Program-made: the position numbers and the translations under genes
In this document: in pieces, positions 18,298-27,469 of the stretch
Layout of the letters: every line of letters begins with the position of its first letter
How positions within the stretch are numbered: the stretch's first letter is position 1
The notes under the pieces: model-generated
Told to the model about the DNA's origin: nothing
Seen by the model: only the letters and a program-made list of their open reading frames with translations
The model's database searches: none
Origin: a virus
Lineage: Duplodnaviria; Caudoviricetes
Strand: one strand, 5' to 3'
DNA length: 64,000 nucleotides
IMG/VR virus record: IMGVR_UViG_3300050821_001527
Location: 32,001 to 96,000 of that record

Positions 18298-19065
18298 ATG
18301 AGCAAGAAATTTATCTACGAATTTACCGTTGACAAGATTGTCGAAAAAGACGTTCCCGTCGAACGCAAGCCGGAAGACGACCCTAGCGTTACCGCAACGC
18401 GCAAGGAGAAAGTCGCGGAGCCTGTCAAATTCCGCATCCTCAAGCCGACCCGCAAACTTTACGACTTGGCCGAAATCTTCTTGGCCAAAACAATTTCCGA
18501 TTACGTCCGTGAAGGCATTATGCCCATCACTTTGGTCGCCAAACGATTCGGTGATGACGGCGGCGTCCTTACTACCAAGGAGCAGGAATACATCGTTGAA
18601 CTGCAAAAACGCATTGACGAAAATCAGAAGAAACTGATTGCCCTTTCCGCACCGAAGAAGGAAGGAGAACCGGAACCCGAAACCATTTCCCCGCAGCAAC
18701 GCGCCGACCTGTTCGTGGATATGATGAAGACTCAGGTGGAGATTGACAACATCCGAAATTCCTACCTGTCTCTTTACGAAAATACAGCCGAAATGAAGGC
18801 TCGTAAGAAGACGATTGAATGGTGGATTACGCAATTAAGCTACCACGGCGAGGGTGAGAAGGAATATTTCCCGCAGACCTCCTTCTTCGAGCGTTACAAG
18901 GCATACGTTGATACCTTGGACGGAGACAGTGATTTCGATAAGAAAGTCGTGTCGAAGTTTTCCTACCTGATAAGCACTTGGTTCTCCAACATCAACACCG
19001 CGCTTACCGAAGAAGACTTCAAAGCCGCCGACAAGCACTTTGAAGAAAATGTAGCCGATGAGTGA
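18298..19065 (+). CDS. Putative tail assembly chaperone 1
   Basis: 255 aa, charged and helical, between tail tube and TMP. Confidence 0.5.
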   Translation: MSKKFIYEFTVDKIVEKDVPVERKPEDDPSVTATRKEKVAEPVKFRILKPTRKLYDLAEIFLAKTISDYVREGIMPITLVAKRFGDDGGVLTTKEQEYIVELQKRIDENQKKLIALSAPKKEGEPEPETISPQQRADLFVDMMKTQVEIDNIRNSYLSLYENTAEMKARKKTIEWWITQLSYHGEGEKEYFPQTSFFERYKAYVDTLDGDSDFDKKVVSKFSYLISTWFSNINTALTEEDFKAADKHFEENVADE

Positions 19066-19949
19066 AACCATTTTCCCCATTAACCGAGATAGAGAATCTC
19101 AAGCTGATATATCACGATATTCTCAATGGTTATTCGCTTGACGACAGCGGTGTTTATGTCAAGCACTTCTCCGAACAGTCCTACGCCCGAGTCCTAGAAA
19201 GAAAGAGGACGCTCGCCCTGTCCTTTAGGGTCGAAGGGCTTCCGACCAATGACGAGCGCGAGAAGGAAATGCTCGAACAGGGTCTATGGACTCAGGATAA
19301 GGAGGACAGGATTGAGCAGTTGAAGGTGAACATCGCCGACAACGAGAAATATTCCCAAGGCATCATCCCCTCCCAAAAGGGCGCGATTACAGCCATACTG
19401 GACAACCTCAAAACAGAACTCGCTTCCTTGGTAAATGACAAGCATGATATTGTCGGCCCCACATGCGAGAAATTCGCAGACCGTGAAGTTGAGAACTTTT
19501 TCCTGTTAGAACTGTTTTACAGGGACAGCGGACTGGCTCATAAATATTTCTCCGAGGACGAGTTTGCGGACTTGGACTATCAAGAGCTTGCCAAGTATAA
19601 GAAAATCCTCAATGCCGCCCTGACTAAGATAGGCGAGGAACATATCAGGCAGCTAAGTTGCCTGCCATTCTTTCTTAACTCCCTTCAAGTTGTAAAAGAA
19701 CGCCCGGAAAAATTCTTCGGCAAGCCGATTTCCGAGTTGACATTCCACCAGCATAACTTGCTCATGGGAGGACTCAGAAGCCACAACATCCACTCCCAAG
19801 CCGAAGGCTCGCCGCCTAGTTTGGCCGATTCCACGATTCAAGGGCTGGTGGAGTGGTATGACAAGCAGCACTCCATTATCCTCGGCAAGAACAGCAAGGG
19901 AGTCGCCACCAGCGGCCTTAGCATCACCAATACTGACGTGGTGCGATAA
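19062..19949 (+). CDS. Putative tail assembly chaperone 2
   Basis: 295 aa; GTGA overlap with the upstream gene; directly before TMP. Confidence 0.5.
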   Translation: MKPFSPLTEIENLKLIYHDILNGYSLDDSGVYVKHFSEQSYARVLERKRTLALSFRVEGLPTNDEREKEMLEQGLWTQDKEDRIEQLKVNIADNEKYSQGIIPSQKGAITAILDNLKTELASLVNDKHDIVGPTCEKFADREVENFFLLELFYRDSGLAHKYFSEDEFADLDYQELAKYKKILNAALTKIGEEHIRQLSCLPFFLNSLQVVKERPEKFFGKPISELTFHQHNLLMGGLRSHNIHSQAEGSPPSLADSTIQGLVEWYDKQHSIILGKNSKGVATSGLSITNTDVVR

Positions 19950-19963
19950 CCGACCACAAAAAA

Positions 19964-19975
19964 GTGTAATATACC
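19964..19975 (+). promoter_or_regulatory. GTGTAA late-promoter-like motif
   Basis: GTGTAATATACC, 22 nt upstream of the TMP start. Confidence 0.55.
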
Positions 19976-19991
19976 ATAGTAAAAGGTTACT

Positions 19992-22900
19992 ATGGCAGCA
20001 CCCGAGATTCTATTGGCGGTAGGTGGGGATTTAACAGCGTTGAACAACGCTATTGATTCCGCATTGAGTCGTCCAAGGAACTTCAGGGGCATCAACGCCA
20101 ATTCCTTTACCGAACCTCTCGGTAGAATCACTGGAAAAGCCTCCGAATTCTCCAAGTCTATGGAGGCGTCCAACGCCCGTGTTTTGGCGTTCGGTGCTTC
20201 TGCCGGTGCGATTTACGCCGTTCACAAGTCCTTCGAGACTCTCCTGTCCTCGACGATTGAAGTCCAGAAGTCAATGAACCTTTTGGGCACGTTGTTCAAC
20301 GCGAGCAACGCCACGCTCAAGAACTTCTCCAATAGCCTGTTCGACGTGGCCAATCTGACCGGGCAGAGTTTCAGGTCTGCCACGGAAGCCGCCAACACGT
20401 TCGCCCGTCAGGGCTTGAGCGCGGCGGAAACGCTTCGCAGAACCAGAGACGCCCTGATTCTTGCTCGTATCGCCGGTATGGACTTCGGAGATTCGGCGAG
20501 GGTCATTACCACGGCCATTAACTCGTTCAACAAGGAAGCCCTAACAAGCACCGAAATCATCAACGCCTTGAGCGCGGCGGAAACTCACTTCTCCGTCAAC
20601 TCGTCCGACTTGGCTCAAGCCATTTCCCGTGTAGGAACGTCTGCTGAAAACGCGAACGTCACCCTGAACGAAACCATTTCCTTAATTACTAGCGCGGCCC
20701 AAATCACTGGCCGTTCCGGTTCGGTAATCGGTAACTCGTTCAAATCCATCTTCACCCGTCTCGAACGCCCGAAGGTTTTGGAAGACTTACAGCAAATCGG
20801 TGTTACAACCAGAGACGCATCTGGTAATGTTCTTCCGTTGGTTCAGGTTCTCAAGAACTTGGCATCTACCTACGACTTGCTGACCCCAAGCCAGAAGTCA
20901 TTCATCACGGAAGCTGTTGGTGGTGTCTATCAAATTAACACGTTGAAAGCCGTCCTTGGTGACTTGGGAAGCGGCTTTAGTGTCTATGACCGCGTTCTCA
21001 AGACGGTTGAAGGTTCGACTTCATCCGTCATTGACCGTAACAACCAACTCAACGAAACAATTTCCGCGAAGCTCAATGCCACCCTCAACAACCTAATCCA
21101 AGCCGGTTCCAAGGTTGGAAACTTGGTTATTGCACCTTCGCTCGGCAAGGGAGCCGATTTGGGCGCGAACTGGATGAAGGGTATTTCGGAAGCCATTGAT
21201 TCAAAGTCCTTGGGCGGAGATTTGGCGCGTGGGCTGCTCAAGGGTCTTGGAGACGTTATCAGCGGGCCGGGAGTCCAGTTTATTACGTTTGCCATGCTCA
21301 AGTTGTTCCAGAACCTTGCGACGTTCGCGGCCAAGTCTGTTGGAGAATTCACCGGGGTTTCCACAAAGGCGAAGGAACTTGAACTTACTCAGGTTCAGGT
21401 CTTGCAGCAGTTGCTCCAACAGCCAAAGGTCTTGGAGTCCATCAAGACTGGGACGATGACGGTTGACCAAGCCGCCAAGCAAGTTTTCAGAGATATTCAG
21501 GCGCAGAATTCCGCCTTGGAAGCCCAGTTGGGACTTGCGCGTTTGATTGCCAAAACGGGCATGACTGGCGGCGTGTCTGTTCAGGGAACCAAGTATAGGG
21601 CCGCTTCGGGTTATGTTCCGAGTTTCTTTGACGAGTTCGCTATGGAAGAAGCCCACGCCAAGTCCTTGGGTGCGGCGGCTCCTAGAGCGCACTTCGGCAA
21701 GGGAACCATTGGTGGCCGCAAATTTATTATGAACTCTCAGGAGACTGAGATTCCTAATTTTGGCTCCAACGGAGACTCGGCGGTTATACCGAACTACTCG
21801 AAGGGCTTTGTTCCTAATCTCGCTGTTGGCCGCGAAGACATCTTGACATCCAGAGATAAGCTTAGAAAGCACACCGGCAGAGTCGCCAGCTTGTTTGTCG
21901 CTGAAAAGGGTGCGAGGGAATACGGCGAATTCTACAACGTATTCCGCTACTCCGATAAGGAAAAGGTCAACTTCCTGCCGGAAATCGAAAAGTTCGTATC
22001 AGAAAGAACGGACAAGGCACCAATTCCTACCGGGGGAAGGGGAGCTATGTCTGCTTTGGCGGGCGTCATCTTTGAAGCTCTAATCAGAAAAAAGGCCCAA
22101 ATCGGAAACGTCGAAGACGCTAACTTCGACATTCCAAGTGTTAGGGCTGTCAAGAAAAACCTGACTCCATTTTTCGGAGATTCCGTTGATGGCGGGTTGC
22201 TGGATGCCGGTGACTTCAAAATTTCCGACTCGGTTCGCGCCAGAAAGAGCCTAGAAAAGAAAATCATCAACAGACTCGATTCCATGCCTAACATGAAGGC
22301 GGAAGGTCACTACCCTGATTCCGCTTACGGGCCATACGGAAAGACAATCACCAACGCTTCTTCCCAAGGTCTTCCGGGTATGCTCGAAGGCGCGGAATTC
22401 ATCGGCAGCGGAGTCCAAGGGGTTGTATATAAATACACTCTGCCAAGCGGCAAACAGAAGATTGTCAAAATTCCTAGAAAGCAGGAAGATGTTGGCCGTC
22501 TGCATGACGATGTAAGAAAGCAGAGGGCGTTCTATGGCTCCTCCCCTGACCTTGGAGGATATGTTAATCCGAACAAGCCATCCCTTTACCTAAACTACGG
22601 AGACTACAAAGAAGGCAGAGGAGCCGGTATTTCCGAATTGGAAATGCTGACAGGTGAAAAAAGGGTCAACGGCCTGCACAATCAGCAGGAGAGCAGCCTA
22701 CATCAGTCGTTCATGGGACGCCTAAAGGGTAATCCTAACGCGGAAGCCATCGCAAGTAGGGCTACCCGCATGACTCTATCAGATGTGAAGCGTAACTTCT
22801 CCAAGTATAACAAGGTTTACAGCAAACAGGGCAGGGGATTTTACTATGGCCGTAATGGGGCGGTAGGAAACTATACCCTCAATAATCTTCATCCAGCCAT

Positions 22901-25900
22901 CACTCCAAGCGGATTGATTTTCAAGGACTATGTTGAATCCAACGGCCAGAATTTAATTAAGGGACACTTGCTTGATGGGGTCGCCAAGGCGTATTCAAAC
23001 GTAGGTGGATACCCGGACATGATTCGCGGTATCAGGGAGAGTTACGTCAACCCGAACAATGGTCAAGTTTCCGTTTACGACTTTGCTGACGGATATATTC
23101 CAAGGTCTGACCTTTACAGTCTGCCTTGGAGACAGCGTGTGCGCGGCCATGACCGCCCGGTTCCTCCTACTGAAACCGCCGACAGATTCAGGGAGTATGA
23201 AACATATCTCTTGCAGGCCGGTTTGCCGAAACTGGGCTTTGAAGGAGTCCACGACCTAAACTCGGTTTTGGGAACAAATTCCAGAGCGGACTTCTTTGCC
23301 CGCCGAAGCGGAGTCCCTCACATCGTTGACGCCAAGGGTGGCTACAATGACGCCCAGCCTAGCGACATTGCTGCCAAGGAAGAAAGCTTCGCCATGCTCA
23401 AGCAGAATCCGAAGTTCTTGTCATTTCTCCGCAGCCAAGGCATCGTAAACCCGGACGAAGTTCGTGAAGCCATCGTGTTCGGAAACATGGGACACGGGCA
23501 GCGCAAGAAGCTGGCGGAAACTGGCAAGTTGATGATGGCCAATGGCTTCATGCCGAATCTTGCGGGTCTTTCATTCCAGCAATCCTTCGATAAGGAGTTC
23601 GGCATCACTAAACTCACCGGGACAATGGGTGGGAAAACAGTCGGTGACATTGAATACAGCGGCAACGATGAAAAGGAAATCGAAGGCTTTGAAATCAACA
23701 AGGCATTTCGTGGAAAGGGACTGGCCAAGAAGTTCTACAAGGCTTTGGGCAGAGGTCGCGTATCGGGAACCCTTCTTCCTCAATTCGGCAATAATGGAAA
23801 TGCGTTCTTCCCTCAGTTGTCCCGCGCTAGAATGGCAAAGTCTGCAACGGTGCAGGGGTTTGACGGCTCGGAAATGACTGTTGCCCAATTCGAGAAGCTT
23901 GTCCAGATGAACTCTGGTAATCAGGGCTTCTGGAATGATAACTCTTTTAACTTAATCTCTCACCACGCTCAGGGGTTCGTCCCGAACTTGGTTGACCCCG
24001 GATATATTTCCTCCACCTTGGAAAGAATCAAGAATGGAACCAGTGGTTTCTCTGACGCGGAGAAGGCGATGTTCCTAAAGAAGTTCGCTGGAAAAACCGG
24101 AGCCTTGGGTTCTCCGTTTGGTGTGGATATTTTGGGAATTGATGATTTGCCGCCGATGGTTCCTTTCTGGATTCAGAACGCAGCACGTAAGAAGTATGGG
24201 AAGGATGCCTATGTCAGTGTCCAGCCGCATTTGGCTGAAAAACTTCGTGCCGCCATAAAGCAAGACCCAAGCATTGTTCATAATTTCAGTGCATTGGAGG
24301 GGTTGTTCAGCGGCGGCATCGCGGCGACCTCGTTCGCGCAAGGATTCGTTCCGAACTTCTCCAACCCGCTCACTTCCGCCATCAATAGGGAAAGAGCGGC
24401 TGGATACAGTTCTTCCCAAATCCGCGTTGGGCATGATTCCGCATTGGTTAGCGCGATGAACCCGGATGGAGTTGGTGTTTATAACTCTACAGAAGGCTCT
24501 CTCTCGAACGGTATTGGCCTTGCTCGTCGCGCCGGTATTGACCCTAAGACAAAGGGCATGGCCAAGGGTAACATCCCTAACTTCGCCGATGTTGGAACTT
24601 CGATGGCTTTGGGAGGAATGCAGTTCTTGTTGGCTATTCCTCTTATCAGCGGTGCATTGCAGAAAATGACTTCTCCGTCGAAGCAGGCTGCGGAAGCTAT
24701 GGAGAAGCTTGAGGGAAGAATCACGAAGCTTACAAAGGTAAGTGCCCAATACGACAGTCGCTTGGAAAAGACCAATCAGTCTTACGAAATCACGATGAAG
24801 GCTATTGATGGTCTTTATCAGAAAGCGGCTAAGACGGGATACCTGAGTGGGGCCGAAGTATCCGCGCTAACAATGCTCGAAGGTAAGGCGGCGAAGGAAG
24901 AAGGGGCCATGAAGTTGTATGCCTCTGGAAAATCCAGAGCGGAATTGCAAAAGACCACTTCCCTAAGCGAGTTAATCTCAGAGCAGAAGAAAACTACGTT
25001 CGGACAAAAACTCTTTGGTGGAGAAAATTACGAAAAGACCTTCGCTGGCAAAGCCCAAGGATTCGGCTTGGTAGCGGGCATGGGTGCGGGAATAGGGATG
25101 AATGTCGCTGGTGAAATGATTGGCGGCGACAAGGGTAAGGCTCTTGGCGAATTTGGTTCAACCATTCAGACGGCAGGGCAAGTTATGGCTACAATCCCCG
25201 GCCCAGCAGGGCTTGTAGCGGGTGCCCTTGTGGTGATGAAAGGAGCGATTGATTTCGCTGATAAGGCCGCATGGGGATTCGCAGAGAAGATTAAGGACGC
25301 CGCGCAGGAGAAATTGACCGGCATTGATAACATGGATGCTGCGTCAAACGGACTTGCCCAAGCGATGTCGAATTACCAAACTTTACTTGACGACTCCCAC
25401 GCCACGAATACCGCATTATTGAAGGCTCAAGAGAAATACAAGACAGCCTTGAATAATTTCGTCGCAAGCGGATTTTCCAAAGACGACATTACGAAGGTCA
25501 CCGGTGCTGGAACAATGTCCGAACGACAAGCCGCGCTCCAAGAGCTTAACGAAAAAAATGCCAGAGAGAAGGAGAAGCAGACGACGATTTCCCAATCTGC
25601 GGATTTGGCAGAATCCATTGCAATCAATACTAAGAAGGATAACGTATTCAATCAATCTCTTTTTTCTTGGGGAGGAATGGGGAATTTTATATCGGGAAGG
25701 AAGGATATAGACGGCATTGAATCTTTGTGGAGCGGCAAAGCCGGGAAAAGTATCTTTGATGAGAAGTTCTCCAAAGAAGGTGGTGGCAATAACCTCCTCA
25801 CGAAGATGACTCAAGAGGCTATGGATAGCGGGGATTCCAAAGGATATATCGCGGATATGAAGGAGAAGGGCGTCCTTGATGACCAATCCGCTGGAATTCT

Positions 25901-27467
25901 ATCCAGAAACATACAAGCAACCAAAAAATATGTCACCGCTGCCGAAGAAATGGGCAAAATTATAGACCAGAACGTCGGGCAGCAGAGGGCGCAGCAACAG
26001 TCAATGGAACGCTACGCCCAAGGTCTAAAGCAACTCCAAAACGAATTGAGGACATTCGCGGGTGACGCGTTCTTCAAGCAGATGGACAATATTTCCGAGA
26101 GAATGAAAAGCGGAGCGAACGCTCGTCACGGTGATGCGGAAATTGCCGGGGCTTTGGCTTTAAGCTTGACAAAGGGCGGTGGGGTAAACAGAAACGGCAT
26201 CATTATGAACTCGGACGAGAAGGCTCTGACCGAGATTGATAACACGATGGCTAAAATTGGGGCCGACATGGATGTCGCGCTATCTGGCGTCAACGCCAAT
26301 TTCACCAAGGGTTTGACGGACTTGGTTAAGGGGGAATTCGCGGGGGCCAAGGGTGGGGCTAATGGAAACAATCAAGCTACATTCACAAACGAGCAATACA
26401 ACACTTCCGCTCAAATCATCAATCAGATTACCCAAGACCTTTTCAAGAATGGAAAGCTTAACGGCAGCGCGGAACAGACTCGCGGAACAATCGCCAACGC
26501 CATAGATGCAAGAGGCAGGGTGCTTCAAGGTGCTGACCCCGGCATCAGCGCGTTGTTGAGACAGTCCGCGAACTCATTGGTTGGTTCCAAGGGGCAAGAG
26601 CTAATCCAACAGCAGTTGCTCGAAACACAGAAGGTATCCACCGAATATTTGGAGCAGACTGCCAAGGCTACAATCGAGTCCAAGGACAAGTTGCAGCAGA
26701 TGATTAACCAGAGAATCCTTGCTGCGGGCGGGGGTGTAAGCTCGTTCACTCAGGATTTCGGAGCTTCCTATAGGAGAAGCCTCAGACAAGACATCAGCGA
26801 GTCTCGCTCTGGTGTCCCAGAAATGGCCGGTGTCGGCGCAATCAACTTCCTCAAGAAAGCCAAAAACGACTTGGGTATTGGCGAAGGGGACGCTTTGTTC
26901 ACGGACATGAAGGCCAAGGCTATTACCGGAGTCGAATCCGAACTCAAGAAAACCTATGGGGTTTACGCAAGACAGGGCTATAATACTCCGTCGGATGCAG
27001 GCATCCATGATATTGCCAGCAGACAAGTAGAGAACGAAGTCGGCGGGGCGTCGGTGAACGAACTGATGCAAAAGGGCAACGACTTGCAGGATAAGGCGAA
27101 TGGCTACTTGGTTCAGATTTTGGAAAGAAACGGCATGGCTAGTGACCAAACCAGTCGCATAAAGCTTCAAAATGACTTGTTCACCGGCAAGGGTATCACG
27201 TCGTTCCAGAACCAGTCGAACGTGGCGATAGACTCTCAGGTTACGAGGTCTATTGATTACGCATCCATGCAAATGATGATGGTGGCTGGCAAGATTGAAA
27301 AGGCGTCGGAAAATCTCAAGTCTCTCAAGGGAGAAATTGACATTACGATTACGCAAATTAAAGAAAACGACCCAGCGGGCAAGCGCACGACAAGACAGAG
27401 CGCGATTCTCGAATCGGTAAAATCCGCTCAGACTAAGGCACCGTCTGACGTATATCAGAACATGTAA
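19992..27467 (+). CDS. Tape measure protein (TP901-type core) with an embedded multi-domain cassette
   Basis: 2491 aa. The N-terminal core (LFDVANLTGQS...FARQGL...LAQAISRVG...GSVIGNSFKSIFTRL) is typical of TP901-family TMPs. Long helical regions flank about 1000 aa of globular modules. Confidence 0.9.
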   Translation: MAAPEILLAVGGDLTALNNAIDSALSRPRNFRGINANSFTEPLGRITGKASEFSKSMEASNARVLAFGASAGAIYAVHKSFETLLSSTIEVQKSMNLLGTLFNASNATLKNFSNSLFDVANLTGQSFRSATEAANTFARQGLSAAETLRRTRDALILARIAGMDFGDSARVITTAINSFNKEALTSTEIINALSAAETHFSVNSSDLAQAISRVGTSAENANVTLNETISLITSAAQITGRSGSVIGNSFKSIFTRLERPKVLEDLQQIGVTTRDASGNVLPLVQVLKNLASTYDLLTPSQKSFITEAVGGVYQINTLKAVLGDLGSGFSVYDRVLKTVEGSTSSVIDRNNQLNETISAKLNATLNNLIQAGSKVGNLVIAPSLGKGADLGANWMKGISEAIDSKSLGGDLARGLLKGLGDVISGPGVQFITFAMLKLFQNLATFAAKSVGEFTGVSTKAKELELTQVQVLQQLLQQPKVLESIKTGTMTVDQAAKQVFRDIQAQNSALEAQLGLARLIAKTGMTGGVSVQGTKYRAASGYVPSFFDEFAMEEAHAKSLGAAAPRAHFGKGTIGGRKFIMNSQETEIPNFGSNGDSAVIPNYSKGFVPNLAVGREDILTSRDKLRKHTGRVASLFVAEKGAREYGEFYNVFRYSDKEKVNFLPEIEKFVSERTDKAPIPTGGRGAMSALAGVIFEALIRKKAQIGNVEDANFDIPSVRAVKKNLTPFFGDSVDGGLLDAGDFKISDSVRARKSLEKKIINRLDSMPNMKAEGHYPDSAYGPYGKTITNASSQGLPGMLEGAEFIGSGVQGVVYKYTLPSGKQKIVKIPRKQEDVGRLHDDVRKQRAFYGSSPDLGGYVNPNKPSLYLNYGDYKEGRGAGISELEMLTGEKRVNGLHNQQESSLHQSFMGRLKGNPNAEAIASRATRMTLSDVKRNFSKYNKVYSKQGRGFYYGRNGAVGNYTLNNLHPAITPSGLIFKDYVESNGQNLIKGHLLDGVAKAYSNVGGYPDMIRGIRESYVNPNNGQVSVYDFADGYIPRSDLYSLPWRQRVRGHDRPVPPTETADRFREYETYLLQAGLPKLGFEGVHDLNSVLGTNSRADFFARRSGVPHIVDAKGGYNDAQPSDIAAKEESFAMLKQNPKFLSFLRSQGIVNPDEVREAIVFGNMGHGQRKKLAETGKLMMANGFMPNLAGLSFQQSFDKEFGITKLTGTMGGKTVGDIEYSGNDEKEIEGFEINKAFRGKGLAKKFYKALGRGRVSGTLLPQFGNNGNAFFPQLSRARMAKSATVQGFDGSEMTVAQFEKLVQMNSGNQGFWNDNSFNLISHHAQGFVPNLVDPGYISSTLERIKNGTSGFSDAEKAMFLKKFAGKTGALGSPFGVDILGIDDLPPMVPFWIQNAARKKYGKDAYVSVQPHLAEKLRAAIKQDPSIVHNFSALEGLFSGGIAATSFAQGFVPNFSNPLTSAINRERAAGYSSSQIRVGHDSALVSAMNPDGVGVYNSTEGSLSNGIGLARRAGIDPKTKGMAKGNIPNFADVGTSMALGGMQFLLAIPLISGALQKMTSPSKQAAEAMEKLEGRITKLTKVSAQYDSRLEKTNQSYEITMKAIDGLYQKAAKTGYLSGAEVSALTMLEGKAAKEEGAMKLYASGKSRAELQKTTSLSELISEQKKTTFGQKLFGGENYEKTFAGKAQGFGLVAGMGAGIGMNVAGEMIGGDKGKALGEFGSTIQTAGQVMATIPGPAGLVAGALVVMKGAIDFADKAAWGFAEKIKDAAQEKLTGIDNMDAASNGLAQAMSNYQTLLDDSHATNTALLKAQEKYKTALNNFVASGFSKDDITKVTGAGTMSERQAALQELNEKNAREKEKQTTISQSADLAESIAINTKKDNVFNQSLFSWGGMGNFISGRKDIDGIESLWSGKAGKSIFDEKFSKEGGGNNLLTKMTQEAMDSGDSKGYIADMKEKGVLDDQSAGILSRNIQATKKYVTAAEEMGKIIDQNVGQQRAQQQSMERYAQGLKQLQNELRTFAGDAFFKQMDNISERMKSGANARHGDAEIAGALALSLTKGGGVNRNGIIMNSDEKALTEIDNTMAKIGADMDVALSGVNANFTKGLTDLVKGEFAGAKGGANGNNQATFTNEQYNTSAQIINQITQDLFKNGKLNGSAEQTRGTIANAIDARGRVLQGADPGISALLRQSANSLVGSKGQELIQQQLLETQKVSTEYLEQTAKATIESKDKLQQMINQRILAAGGGVSSFTQDFGASYRRSLRQDISESRSGVPEMAGVGAINFLKKAKNDLGIGEGDALFTDMKAKAITGVESELKKTYGVYARQGYNTPSDAGIHDIASRQVENEVGGASVNELMQKGNDLQDKANGYLVQILERNGMASDQTSRIKLQNDLFTGKGITSFQNQSNVAIDSQVTRSIDYASMQMMMVAGKIEKASENLKSLKGEIDITITQIKENDPAGKRTTRQSAILESVKSAQTKAPSDVYQNM
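21600..24584 (+). repeat. Eight dispersed copies of the peptide motif [AS]xG[FYHN]xP inside the TMP
   Basis: AASGYVPSF 21600, YSKGFVPNL 21795, KAEGHYPDS 22296, FADGYIPRS 23082, MANGFMPNL 23535, HAQGFVPNL 23964, FAQGFVPNF 24333, MAKGNIPNF 24558. Confidence 0.85.
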
Positions 27468-27469
27468 TT

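Noticed and set aside
18298-19949. Lambda G/GT-type -1 frameshift joining the two tail chaperones
   Set aside because: The second ORF is in the -1 frame, but that frame has a TGA at 19059-19061 immediately before its GTG, and there is no slippery heptamer in the 4-nt overlap.
14408-19949. Contractile tail sheath gene
   Set aside because: No sheath-sized, sheath-like ORF lies beside the tube gene, and the TP901-type TMP fits a non-contractile tail. A sheath gene outside the window cannot be excluded.
21600-24584. CRISPR array or DGR repeats
   Set aside because: The repeats are conserved at the peptide level, degenerate at synonymous positions, irregularly spaced and in frame within a CDS. 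No cas genes or reverse transcriptase occur in the window.
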